Assembly: GCF_008065095.1 (NCBI RefSeq)
Contig: NZ_CP042911.1
Span: 3,840,001 to 3,872,000 of the forward strand
DNA from: Gemmata obscuriglobus
GTDB lineage: Bacteria; Planctomycetota; Planctomycetia; Gemmatales; Gemmataceae
Direction of reading: 5' to 3'
DNA: 32,000 bases
Shown here: positions 16,550 to 25,199 of the stretch, in pieces
How positions within the stretch are numbered: the stretch's first letter is position 1
Layout of the letters: every line of letters begins with the position of its first letter
The notes under the pieces: model-generated
The model's database searches: none
The model's input: the letters and a program-made list of their open reading frames with translations, nothing else
Told to the model about the DNA's origin: nothing
Made by a program: the position numbers and the translations under genes

Positions 16550-17461
16550 TCACGCCGCGGTGCGGGGTTCGGGCTTGCCCTGCCGTGCGTTTTGGTCAAA
16601 TTCCCGCACCACGTCCACCGCAAATTGGATCGCGGGACCGGTCCACTCGACCATGTTGGCGGTGTAGCCTGCTTTCACTCCGGCCTGAGTGACGTGCGCG
16701 AGTAACGCGCCGACCGGGCACAGCTTTTGAGACGCAAGTTTCGCATCGTACTCGCGCAACCGGCGGTGCAACTCCTGGCCGTTCGTCGGCAGATTGACCG
16801 GCTTCCCAGCGTCCGCTTTTGCCCCTTCAGTTTTGTGTACGTCTGGGTTGGTGGGTTCGACTTTGGGCACCGCGGTGTTCGGTTGCACCGCGGCGACTGA
16901 TGGGACCGACGGCTTTGGGGGCGCTTCGGGCTTGGGCACATCCTTCTTCGGTGCGGGCGCGACAACCCCAACGGGCGCCACGTTTGCAGACTGTGATTTT
17001 GCATTCGGGAGTGCCCAGGCCGGGAGCGGCGGCGGTTGAACAATTTGCTTCTTCACCGAGTCATAATCGACCCAGGCCGCGGACAACCGGTAGAGGTATC
17101 GGCCGATGCCGAATTTCACAGCGGCGCGCTTGAGCGCGTCGCTGAACGCCGCCTTGAGGCGGTCGCCGAGATCGGGTTGCTCGCTCGGCGATCCGACATC
17201 GGTTTTGGTGATCCAGTTGTCCCCGATCTTGCAGCGGAGCTTACACATCACCGAGCCGTCCGGGAGTATCTCGTACACGTCCTCCCAGTGCTCCACACCG
17301 AGCACATCGTCCAGCCGGTCCTGAATGAGGCGGGCGTCGACATACGCCATCGCCAGACACCGGTTGTTCTTGACCATCTGCGGTTTGAACTTCACGTCGC
17401 GCGGCTCGAACGGGTCCGCGAGCGCGGCGGTGAGTGCGACGACCCGCGGGTCGCGCGGCAT
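16550..17461 (-). CDS. Rad52/Rad22-family single-strand annealing protein with a Pro-rich linker and an extra C-terminal domain
   Basis: ATG at 17461. Motifs: VKFKPQMVKNNRCLAMAYVDARLIQDRLDDVLGVEHWE and LKAAFSDALKRAAVKFGIGRYLYRL, followed by PPLPAWALP. Confidence 0.75.
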   Translation of the reverse strand: MPRDPRVVALTAALADPFEPRDVKFKPQMVKNNRCLAMAYVDARLIQDRLDDVLGVEHWEDVYEILPDGSVMCKLRCKIGDNWITKTDVGSPSEQPDLGDRLKAAFSDALKRAAVKFGIGRYLYRLSAAWVDYDSVKKQIVQPPPLPAWALPNAKSQSANVAPVGVVAPAPKKDVPKPEAPPKPSVPSVAAVQPNTAVPKVEPTNPDVHKTEGAKADAGKPVNLPTNGQELHRRLREYDAKLASQKLCPVGALLAHVTQAGVKAGYTANMVEWTGPAIQFAVDVVREFDQNARQGKPEPRTAA

Positions 17462-17640
17462 GGCGGCTTCAGTAGACACTGCGCACCCTCCCTCAACGAC
17501 TGATGTGTTGAGGGTAGTGTACGGGTGTATTTGGGGCGGGACGATGTCAGTTGGCGCTCCGGCGCGACCGATTGTTCCGGGTGTGCGGATCGGGTTGAGC
17601 GATTGCACCGCGCTGACGGCGGTGGCAGGACGAACCGCAA

Positions 17641-18360
17641 TTATGCCGCCTTGCGGGGTGCGAGTAGACGTTTCCACCACGGCAAATGCTTCGGCTTTGA
17701 TTTGGGCTTTGGCGGGGGGGGCGGTGGCTCCTCGCTTTTTTCTTCTTCCGCTTCGGTGGCCCCTTCCGATTTGGCTTCGGCCGCTTCCAGGTCGCGTGCC
17801 GACACGGCTTGCAGCAAGACGCCGAGTACGACGAAGCCGACCACCAGGCCGTTGAGCGGCGCGACGTTACGGGCGACCCAATCACCCGTATCGAGGGTCC
17901 AAACTTGCTCGGCCAGCAGTATTCCGGCGTGGCCTGCGAAGAGGACGCCCAACAGGCTGGTGAGCAGCATCGTCCAGAGGCGGTAGAGCAGGATTCCGAA
18001 CAGTCCGCCGCACAGGAACACGGCCCACAATTCTTGCGCCTGAGGGAACACCCACTGAGCCGCGAGCCATGCCCCGCAGCCGCCGGCCACGAACGCCAGC
18101 ACCTTCGCCAGTTCCAGGGCGAGTAGCCCCGCCGACACCGCCAACAGGATGCCCACCGCCATCACCTGTGTCCCGCCGGACGTCCGGCCGGCGTTCAGGC
18201 CGATGAGCCCGGACGCCAGGGTGATGCCCGCGACGACCCAGAACCGGTGCCACCGCCACCCGAACAGCCACAGCGCGACGCCAAGCACCGTAATGGTGCC
18301 GGCCATGGCACCGGTCATGCCGCGGGCCTCGGCGAGGATGTCGGGTGCGATCAACTGCAC
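17641..18360 (-). CDS. Polytopic membrane protein with a Glu/Pro/Lys-rich C-terminal tail
   Basis: GTG at 18360, or ATG at 18318 with GAGG 8 nt upstream. About 6 hydrophobic segments. Tail: EAEEEKSEEPPPPPPKPKSKPKHLPWW. Confidence 0.7.
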   Translation of the reverse strand: MQLIAPDILAEARGMTGAMAGTITVLGVALWLFGWRWHRFWVVAGITLASGLIGLNAGRTSGGTQVMAVGILLAVSAGLLALELAKVLAFVAGGCGAWLAAQWVFPQAQELWAVFLCGGLFGILLYRLWTMLLTSLLGVLFAGHAGILLAEQVWTLDTGDWVARNVAPLNGLVVGFVVLGVLLQAVSARDLEAAEAKSEGATEAEEEKSEEPPPPPPKPKSKPKHLPWWKRLLAPRKAA

Positions 18361-18525
18361 GGTTCACGCTCGGGATGCGGAGGGGACGCGTCCATTCGTC
18401 CAACCTTAAGGGCGGACCGCGCGGGGTGTCAAGTTGGGTCCGGTCCGAGCGCGGCGGGATTCCGGACGGCGCTAACCGGTGTTTCCGGTTCTTTGCGTGC
18501 GCCCGCACCCGGACTGCTACATTTG

Positions 18526-19638
18526 ATGTGTGCAGGCGCGAATTGCGCCGCCAGATCTGTGAGGGCAGGGGTCGTGCCGCCAATTCAGTTCGTCGTGGAC
18601 CGCCGGGACGCCGGGCAAACACTGGCCGCGGTATTGAAGTCGCGGTTCGGGTTGTCGTGGGCGCAGGCGAAGCGGCTCGTGGAGAAGCGGCACGTCAAGG
18701 TGAGCGGGCAGGTGGAGACCGATGTGGCCCGGCGGCTGAAACTCGGCAAGCGGGTCGAACTCGCGGCCGGGACGGTCGAGATCAAGCAGGCGCTCCCGTC
18801 GAAGAAAACCGGCGCGGCGAAGAAAGCCGAGCCGGGGAAGAAAGCAACCGAACGCCCGCGGCCACCTGCGCCGCGTCCGAAGCCGGCTCTGGAGTTGGGG
18901 CTGTCGCCTGACGCGATTGTGTACGTGGACGACGCGGTTGTGGTGGTGAACAAGCCCGCGGGCCTCACCACGATGCGCCACAAGGAAGAGGCCGAGGAGT
19001 TCGGGGCGCACGGGCAGCGGTTCCTCACGAAGACGCTCGCGGGCCTGCTCCCGACGTTGCTCGGGACGCCGGACCGAGCGGTGACCGCGGTCCACCGGTT
19101 GGACCGCGACACGTCCGGCCTCGTGGTCTTCGCCCGTACCCGGGCGGCGGGCGAAAACCTCACGGCCCAGTTCCGCAAGCACAGCACGGAACGGCGCTAC
19201 CTGGCGCTCACGCGCGGGGTGCCGAAGCCGGGGCGCATCGCGTCGGTGTTCGTATCCGATCGCGGCGACGGCCGGCGCGGCACCACCACCGATCTTGCTG
19301 CGGACGGAAAGCGAGCCGTCACGCACGTGGCGGTGCTGGAACCACTCGGTCCGTTCGCTCTGGTCGAATGCCGGCTCGAAACGGGCCGCACGCACCAGGT
19401 CCGTATTCACCTGGGTGAGGCCGGCGCGCCGCTGTGCGGGGAAGGCGTCTACGATCGGCCGATCGACGGCCAACCGCTGCCCGACGGGAGCGGGGCGCAG
19501 CGGCCGATGCTGCACGCCACCCGCCTCGGCTTCGCGCACCCCGATACGGGGGCAGCCGTGAGCTGGGAGGTGCCGCCGCCGGAGGACTTCCGACGGCTGC
19601 TGGCGAAGCTGCGGGTCGCTAGCGAACCGGAAGAATGA
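18526..19638 (+). CDS. RluA-family pseudouridine synthase (RluD-like, with N-terminal S4 domain)
   Basis: ATG at 18526; GTG alternatives at 18559 and 18574. S4-like segment: LSWAQAKRLVEKRHVKVSGQ. Catalytic motif: HRLDRDTSGLVVFART. Also THQVRIHL. A Lys/Pro-rich insert separates the S4 and catalytic domains. Confidence 0.85.
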   Translation: MCAGANCAARSVRAGVVPPIQFVVDRRDAGQTLAAVLKSRFGLSWAQAKRLVEKRHVKVSGQVETDVARRLKLGKRVELAAGTVEIKQALPSKKTGAAKKAEPGKKATERPRPPAPRPKPALELGLSPDAIVYVDDAVVVVNKPAGLTTMRHKEEAEEFGAHGQRFLTKTLAGLLPTLLGTPDRAVTAVHRLDRDTSGLVVFARTRAAGENLTAQFRKHSTERRYLALTRGVPKPGRIASVFVSDRGDGRRGTTTDLAADGKRAVTHVAVLEPLGPFALVECRLETGRTHQVRIHLGEAGAPLCGEGVYDRPIDGQPLPDGSGAQRPMLHATRLGFAHPDTGAAVSWEVPPPEDFRRLLAKLRVASEPEE

Positions 19639-19750
19639 GGTCGGGCGGGGGGGGGAGCTACTCAGCGATAAGGCGTGTGGTTCGCGAGGTGTGGTCGCCT
19701 CAGGTAACTCGCCTCACGCGCGGCGACATTTTAATCAGCACCTGGGGCGG

Positions 19751-19984
19751 TCAACACCCGCCGCGTCGAACGCGTGCCCAGCGCGCGAGGACATACGAAC
19801 ACACCGCCCTCTGCTGGGTGCCGAGACGCGGCGGAAGTCGAGAGCGGTTCGGCAGCGTGCAGATGGTCGCCGCATCCTCGTTTGCGTGCTCGCGATCGGC
19901 CCGCAACGTATGTTCCTCGGTGCCCGAGATCGGAACCCAGGTCTCGTTGACCAACCCCACGGGTTGCCTGTCGATGCACACCAT
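19751..19984 (-). CDS. Hypothetical small protein (77 aa), weak call
   Basis: ATG at 19984 (MVCIDRQPVGLVNETWVPISGTEEHTL). High GC3 in this frame. No recognisable domain. Confidence 0.25.
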   Translation of the reverse strand: MVCIDRQPVGLVNETWVPISGTEEHTLRADREHANEDAATICTLPNRSRLPPRLGTQQRAVCSYVLARWARVRRGGC

Positions 19985-20111
19985 TTCCCGGACGGGGAGA
20001 CCGGAATCCGTTCCCGCGCGTGGTCGCGTTAAGGGCCACTTGCACAGCACCGGCGCCCGCACCAACCGGGGCCGGGACGCGCGGGCGACCGCGGAAACCA
20101 AGGGGCCGCGG

Positions 20112-20384
20112 GTGGCGCCGGAGCCGTGGAGGCCGAGCCCGCTCCTTGCGGCCGTGGTGGCTTTCGGCGTGGTCGGGCTGGTGTTCGGGTCGAACGAGTC
20201 GCTCGGGCTGCGGTGGTTCGGGGGCGCGCCGTACACGATAATCCTGTTGGCACAGCCGGCGTCTTGGCTCGCCCTTCGGGTGCTCGCGCGTGTGTTAGAC
20301 CGGTCGCTCGATCTGGCCCTGGATCTGGTGCTGTTTTGCTGGCGGCGGTTCGGCGCGAAGAGCGGGCGGAATGAACTAAGGTAA
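20112..20384 (+). CDS. Hypothetical small membrane protein (two hydrophobic segments), start uncertain
   Basis: GTG at 20112, or ATG at 19974. Hydrophobic segments: PLLAAVVAFGVVGLVFG and YTIILLAQPASWLALRVLA. High GC3. TAA at 20382-20384. Confidence 0.35.
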   Translation: MAPEPWRPSPLLAAVVAFGVVGLVFGSNESLGLRWFGGAPYTIILLAQPASWLALRVLARVLDRSLDLALDLVLFCWRRFGAKSGRNELR

Positions 20385-20525
20385 CGCACTGGCACACGCG
20401 GCGCCCGAGCCGCCGCCGACGCGGCCACGCGCCCGTTGGTGCCTTGCGTCCGACCGTGCAAGGTCGCAAATCGCTTGCTTTCGGCGGGTTCTCGGCGTTT
20501 TCGCCGCTTCTGGTATTATGTGGGT

Positions 20526-21710
20526 ATGAACCCTGCACCCGATGCCGCCCCGCTGCCAGTAGTCAAGCTCAAGATCGAGCGCCGGTCGTCGCACCCCTGG
20601 ATCTTCCAGAAGATGGTCGAGCGCCCCGTTGCGCGCATCCCGCCGGGTAGCGTTGTGGACATCGTCAACAGCACCGGTCAGTGGGTCGCGCGGGGGTTCT
20701 ACAACGGGCATTCTCGCATCACCCTGCGCGTGCTGACCACCCAGTCGGACGAGGTAATCGACGCGGCCTACTTCGCCCGCAAACTCGGTGACGCGGTGGC
20801 GTTCCGGCGCGACACGCTCAAGCTCGATGACGTCACAAACGCGTACCGGCTCGTTCACTCCGAGGCCGACGGGCTGAGCGGACTCGTGGTGGACCGGTTC
20901 GGCAACACGTTGGTGCTGGAGTTCTTCGCGGCGGGCATGTACAAGCAGCGGGCCGCGATCATGGACGCGCTGCGGGTGCACTACCCGGACGCCAAGTTCT
21001 ATTACTTCGCCGAAGAGCACGTCGGGAAGCAGGAGTCGTTCGACTGCCGCCCGCCGGAGCCACCCGCGCCGGACGTGATTAACGAGCACGGGTTGAAGTT
21101 CCGCGTGGCCCCCGGGAGCAAACACAAGACCGGCTTTTTCGTGGACCAGCGGGACAACCGCAAGACCCTCGCCGGGCTATGCGCCGGGAAGCGTGTGCTG
21201 GACATCTGTTGTAATACGGGCGGGTTCGGCGTGTACGCGAAGGCGCTCGGCGGCGCGGCGGAGGTGGTCGGGCTCGACCTCGACGAGCAGGCGCTGGACA
21301 TGGCCAAACAGAACGCCAAACTCAACGGCGCGCAAGTGCGGTACGTTCAGGCGGACCTGTTCGCGTGGCTACGTGATGTGATCCCGAACGGGGAGCGGTT
21401 CGACACGGTCATCCTCGACCCGGCCAAACTGACCCGGGACCGTGAGGATGTCGAATCGGCACTCAAAAAGTATTGCGACATGAACCGGCTGGCGATGCTC
21501 GTGGTGAAGCCCGGCGGGGTGCTCCTGTCGTGCTCGTGTACGGGGCTGGTGAGTGAGGCCGATTTCCTCGAATCCATTCGCCGGGCGGCGTGGCAGGCGG
21601 GGCGGAACGTGCAGGTGTTCAAGATCACCGGCGCCGCCCCAGACCACCCGTTCCTGCTGAACGTGCCCGAGGGCCGATACCTGAAGGCTGTGTTCTGCCG
21701 TGTCGATTGA
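20526..21710 (+). CDS. rlmI: Class I SAM-dependent rRNA (cytosine-C5) methyltransferase, RlmI-like
   Basis: ATG at 20526. PUA-like N-terminus: HPWIFQKMV...GQWVARGFYN. Other motifs: YRLVHSEADGLSGLVVDRFG, KTGFFVDQRDNR. SAM motif: VLDICCNTGGFGVYA. Also FDTVILDPAK. Confidence 0.85.
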   Translation: MNPAPDAAPLPVVKLKIERRSSHPWIFQKMVERPVARIPPGSVVDIVNSTGQWVARGFYNGHSRITLRVLTTQSDEVIDAAYFARKLGDAVAFRRDTLKLDDVTNAYRLVHSEADGLSGLVVDRFGNTLVLEFFAAGMYKQRAAIMDALRVHYPDAKFYYFAEEHVGKQESFDCRPPEPPAPDVINEHGLKFRVAPGSKHKTGFFVDQRDNRKTLAGLCAGKRVLDICCNTGGFGVYAKALGGAAEVVGLDLDEQALDMAKQNAKLNGAQVRYVQADLFAWLRDVIPNGERFDTVILDPAKLTRDREDVESALKKYCDMNRLAMLVVKPGGVLLSCSCTGLVSEADFLESIRRAAWQAGRNVQVFKITGAAPDHPFLLNVPEGRYLKAVFCRVD

Positions 21711-21996
21711 ACCCGTGCGAACCCGCGGGGATGGGGCTTGAACCCGTGCCGTTGTTGGGGTTCGCGCTCGCCCGCGGCGCCACAATGGTTCCGTTGTGCC
21801 GTGCCCCGGGGCACAAGCTCACCACGCGGCTGACCGGTAATGGTGCAGTTTGCGAAGGGCTACGGCCAAATAACAGGTTGCCGGCGGGCGGTCCCCAACT
21901 CGAGAAACCCTCGCTCTCACTCGCCGCACCCTGCCTTTGGTAAAATCAATCCGCTCTTGGCTCTGAACAGGGCTACTCAGACTGGTGTTTCGGACA

Positions 21997-22389
21997 TTAC
22001 CAAACGGCGGCGAGCCAGTTTTTCAGGGCGTTGTGAAATTCCGTGAGGTCTCGACCGTCGGCCGCTTCCTTGGCAAAGTGCATCTCCCAGTGCTGGAGCC
22101 GCAACGCGCCGAGCATGTCCGCGAATGTGGGCGTGTTCTGGCCCATGTACCATGGCCGGTCCCGGTGGACCTGGGAGCCCTCGCGACCGGGGCCCGCGTA
22201 CCACAGGATCGTCAGCGCTTGGACAAACCACGCCATCGGGTGCTCCCGCTCGACGCTCTTGGCCACCCGCACGCACGGGTCGTGTAAACCGAGGAGCTGT
22301 TTGCTCTCGAAAAAGACGACCTCAATGCTCCACCGGCGACAGTACCCGCGGATCACGAACTCGGCCGAAACGGTCGGGCTGGTTGCCAC
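21997..22389 (-). pseudogene. C-terminal fragment of an IS4/IS701-superfamily DDE transposase
   Basis: The YCRRWSIEVVFFESKQLLGL motif (Y-x2-R-x3-E-x6-K) is present. The N-terminal catalytic part is absent because an unrelated IS fragment begins immediately upstream. Confidence 0.75.
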
Positions 22390-22406
22390 GAGGACCTCGT
22401 CCCGCC

Positions 22407-22625
22407 ACCTACGGGTTGTTCCGCGACTGGCGGCTGTGCGGCACCTGGGAGAAGGTTCACGCCACCCGGCGAGAGGAGGTCCGCATCGAGGCCGGTGCCC
22501 CTCCGACCCCGGAAACTTTGCGGGTGGACGCGCAGACGGTCAAGACGACCCACCGCGGCGGCCCCGAGGGGTACGACGGGGGGAAAAAGGTGAACGGCCG
22601 CAAGCGGTTCATCGGGGTCCAGGGC
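22407..22625 (+). pseudogene. Internal fragment of an IS5-family transposase
   Basis: TYGLFRDWRLCGTWEKVH...VDAQTVKTTHRGGPEGYDGGKKVNGRKRFIGV matches the central IS5-family region. There is no start codon and no C-terminal DDE region. Confidence 0.7.
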
Positions 22626-22629
22626 TATT

Positions 22630-22821
22630 TCATTGTTCAAGTTGTGTACCCTTGAGGAGGTCAAGGGCCTCGTCCGGGCGAACTTGGAATCGGTGAGTCG
22701 CGGCTCGGGTGCTTGCGGCCTCCACGCCGTGGAGTAAGTGGATCGCGACATTCCGCAACGCCGCCAGGACCTGCGTCGCGTTCCCCTTGCGGACCCGACA
22801 ACGGTCCTCGTCGAACGTCAC
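22630..22821 (-). pseudogene. C-terminal fragment of an ISAs1-family transposase
   Basis: VTFDEDRCRVRKGNATQVLAALRNVAIHLL matches the ISAs1 C-terminal signature. It begins 2 codons after the CDF stop codon, in the same frame. Confidence 0.65.
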
Positions 22822-22827
22822 GCGTCG

Positions 22828-23781
22828 TCAGTGGGCGATCGCCTGTTCTTCGGTGTGCGGATGTTCCCCCGTGCACGGGTGGACTTCAACGGTGACGTGA
22901 ACGATCTCCTCATGCACCTGGAGCCGGCGCCGGTACTCGTCAGGCGGGAGCGGGTCGGCCGCCACCAGGGCCACGATGCAGGCGAACTTGTCCGGCCCGA
23001 CCCGCCAAACGTGCAGATCCACGACGACCGCATCCCCGTCGTCGAGAACCTCGCGAATCTCTGCCACGACCGCCGCGTCCATTTCGCGATCGAGCAGCAC
23101 CCGCCCGGTTCGGCCGAGCAAGCCCCAGGCCCAAGTGGTGATCACAACGGCCCCGACGATACCCATCACGGGATCGAGAACGTCCCAACCGAAGAACCGG
23201 CCGCCGAGCAGGGCCACGATCGCAAACACCGAAGTGAGGGCGTCGGCCAGAACGTGCAGGTACGCGGCCCGCAGATTCAAGTCGTGGCCGCGGCCGTGAT
23301 CGTGACCGTGCGAATGGACGTGCCCGTCGTGTCCGTGAAGCAGCCACGCGCTCAGCAGGTTCACGGCCAACCCCACGGCCGCGACGAGGATCGCGTCGCC
23401 GTACCGGATCGGCACCGGGTTCAGGAGCCGGACGACCGACTCGTAAACCATGAACAGCGCGACCAGCCCCAAGATAATCGCGCTCGCGAACCCGGCCAGC
23501 ACGCCCACTTTCCAGGTTCCGAACGCGAACCGCGGGTCGGCGGCGTGCCGCCGGGCGTACCGGTACGCGAACGCGGCGATGCCCAGCGCGGCGACGTGCG
23601 TGCCCATGTGCAAACCGTCGGCCAACAGGGCCATCGAGTTGGTCAGCGAGCCGGCCACGAGTTCGGCGACCATCATCGCCGCGGCGAGCAACACGACCCG
23701 GCGCGTGCCGCGTTCGCCGGATGGGTTGCCGGGGTCGAAGTCGTGATCGTGCCACGGGCGCGTTCGGTGCGTGTGGTGCAT
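22828..23781 (-). CDS. Cation diffusion facilitator (CDF) metal exporter, Zn/Co/Cd-type with a His-rich loop
   Basis: ATG at 23781 (MHHTHRTRPWHDHDFD). Motifs: SMALLADGLHMGTH and HVLADALTS. His-rich loop: HGHDGHVHSHGHDHGRGHD. Six hydrophobic segments. Confidence 0.9.
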   Translation of the reverse strand: MHHTHRTRPWHDHDFDPGNPSGERGTRRVVLLAAAMMVAELVAGSLTNSMALLADGLHMGTHVAALGIAAFAYRYARRHAADPRFAFGTWKVGVLAGFASAIILGLVALFMVYESVVRLLNPVPIRYGDAILVAAVGLAVNLLSAWLLHGHDGHVHSHGHDHGRGHDLNLRAAYLHVLADALTSVFAIVALLGGRFFGWDVLDPVMGIVGAVVITTWAWGLLGRTGRVLLDREMDAAVVAEIREVLDDGDAVVVDLHVWRVGPDKFACIVALVAADPLPPDEYRRRLQVHEEIVHVTVEVHPCTGEHPHTEEQAIAH

Positions 23782-24012
23782 CGGGATACCCCGGGCGGTC
23801 AGGAGGTTGGCGCCGATCTCGGCCGCCCGTCGTGGTCGTGAAATGGGTCCGGCGGCTCGCTCGGGTGTCACTCTCGGCTCGACGGCCACTCCCGTTTGCT
23901 CAGGCGCCTACATCACCTCTTCCGCACCGCTCCGGGCGTCTCCGAGTCGGACGCGGTGGCACTCGACAAGGCGAACCGGTCACGGCCGACCAAATTATGC
24001 CACGGAATTAAC

Positions 24013-24041
24013 TTGGCGCACTTGGTAAAACTAAGTAATAG
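24013..24041 (+). promoter_or_regulatory. Candidate sigma70-like promoter for the DUF1559 operon
   Basis: TTGGCG (24013-24018), a 17-nt spacer, then TAATAG (24036-24041), about 50 nt upstream of ATG 24093 in an AT-rich patch. The planctomycete promoter consensus is poorly known. Confidence 0.25.
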
Positions 24042-24092
24042 TATGTTCTCGTTTTACCTACTCTCGCCAGCGGTTTCAGAAAGAGAACCCCA

Positions 24093-25175
24093 ATGGAGCG
24101 TCCGAACCGTACCCGCGCCGCGTTTACGCTGATCGAGTTGCTGGTGGTGATCGCGATCATTGCGATCCTGATCGGGCTCCTGCTCCCGGCGGTGCAGAAG
24201 GTGCGCGAAGCCGCCGCCCGGATGAGCAGCCAGAACAATCTCAAACAGCTCGGCCTGGCCCTTCACAGTTACGAGGGCGCCAACAGCGTTCTGCCGGGGA
24301 TGAAGTCGGCCGGGGAGAGCAACGCCACCTCGTTCGGCTACTCGGTCCACGCCCAACTGCTGCCGTACATCGAGCAGGAGAACTTGGGCAAGCAGATCGA
24401 CATGACCCAGCCGCTGTTCGTGGGTGTGTTTCCGACCCCGTCGTTCCAACTGAACCCGTCGGTCGCCGGCACCGCCGGAACGGTGGTGAGAACCTTCCTC
24501 TGCCCCGGCGACGCCCAGCAGCCGCTGTTCACGATCAACTCGGGCGGCGGAACGCACGCCGGCACCAGCTACGTCGTCAACCTCGGCTCCGGGCTGGCCG
24601 GAGCGGGCGCCGCGGCACCGAACGGGTACGACACCCGGTTCCCGTCCGACGGCATGTTCTTCTACGGCCCCGGCCTGAAATTCGGCGACATCGCGGACGG
24701 CACCTCGAACACCATGTTCATGTCCCAGTGCCTGCTCGGGCTGAACCAGAACCTGACCAAGCCGTTCGCCGACCTGACGCCGGACGAGAAGCGGCGGCAG
24801 ACGGCCAGCCTGTCGGGCAAGGGCTTGTTCACCGGGCCGAGCGGGGCGAACCCCGGCTACGGGGCCAGCCCGCCCATCGGGAGCGCCGAGTACCTGTCGG
24901 CCACGTCCTGGCGCGGCAACCGGGGCGGGTCGTGGATCTGGGCCAACGCCTCGGTCAACGGGTTCACCGCCGGCCTCGGCCCGAACAGCCCGGAGCCCGA
25001 CTCGACCGCGCACGGCATGGGGTTCCTGTCCGCGCGCAGCAATTTCCGTGGCGGCGTCAACGTGTGCCTCGGCGACGGCAGCGTACGGTTCGTGCGCGAC
25101 GCGATCGCGCTCACCACCTGGCGGGCGCTCGCGACGCGCGCCGGCGGCGAAGTGGCCGGCGGCAACGACTTCTAA
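24093..25175 (+). CDS. DUF1559 protein with N-terminal prepilin-type cleavage/methylation motif (H-X9-DG family, His replaced by Phe)
   Basis: N-terminus: [38 protein letters not shown]-terminus: [21 protein letters not shown] at 25173-25175. Confidence 0.9.
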   Translation: MERPNRTRAAFTLIELLVVIAIIAILIGLLLPAVQKVREAAARMSSQNNLKQLGLALHSYEGANSVLPGMKSAGESNATSFGYSVHAQLLPYIEQENLGKQIDMTQPLFVGVFPTPSFQLNPSVAGTAGTVVRTFLCPGDAQQPLFTINSGGGTHAGTSYVVNLGSGLAGAGAAAPNGYDTRFPSDGMFFYGPGLKFGDIADGTSNTMFMSQCLLGLNQNLTKPFADLTPDEKRRQTASLSGKGLFTGPSGANPGYGASPPIGSAEYLSATSWRGNRGGSWIWANASVNGFTAGLGPNSPEPDSTAHGMGFLSARSNFRGGVNVCLGDGSVRFVRDAIALTTWRALATRAGGEVAGGNDF

Positions 25176-25199
25176 CTCACCTCGGTCGGAGAACGTCCC

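Noticed and set aside
17714-17721. Homopolymer tracts (the G8 at 17714-17721 inside the membrane-protein gene, and the G9 at 19647-19655) as phase-variation switches
   Set aside because: The coding tract simply encodes a PPPPPP run in a Pro/Lys-rich tail near the 3' end, and the second tract is intergenic. There is no contingency-locus context, so I have no evidence beyond tract length.
21801-21814. 14-nt perfect palindrome GTGCCCCGGGGCAC downstream of rlmI-like as a terminator
   Set aside because: It could form only a ~5-bp stem with a 4-nt loop, has no U-tract and sits ~90 nt past the stop codon. GC-rich palindromes of this size are expected by chance in this composition.
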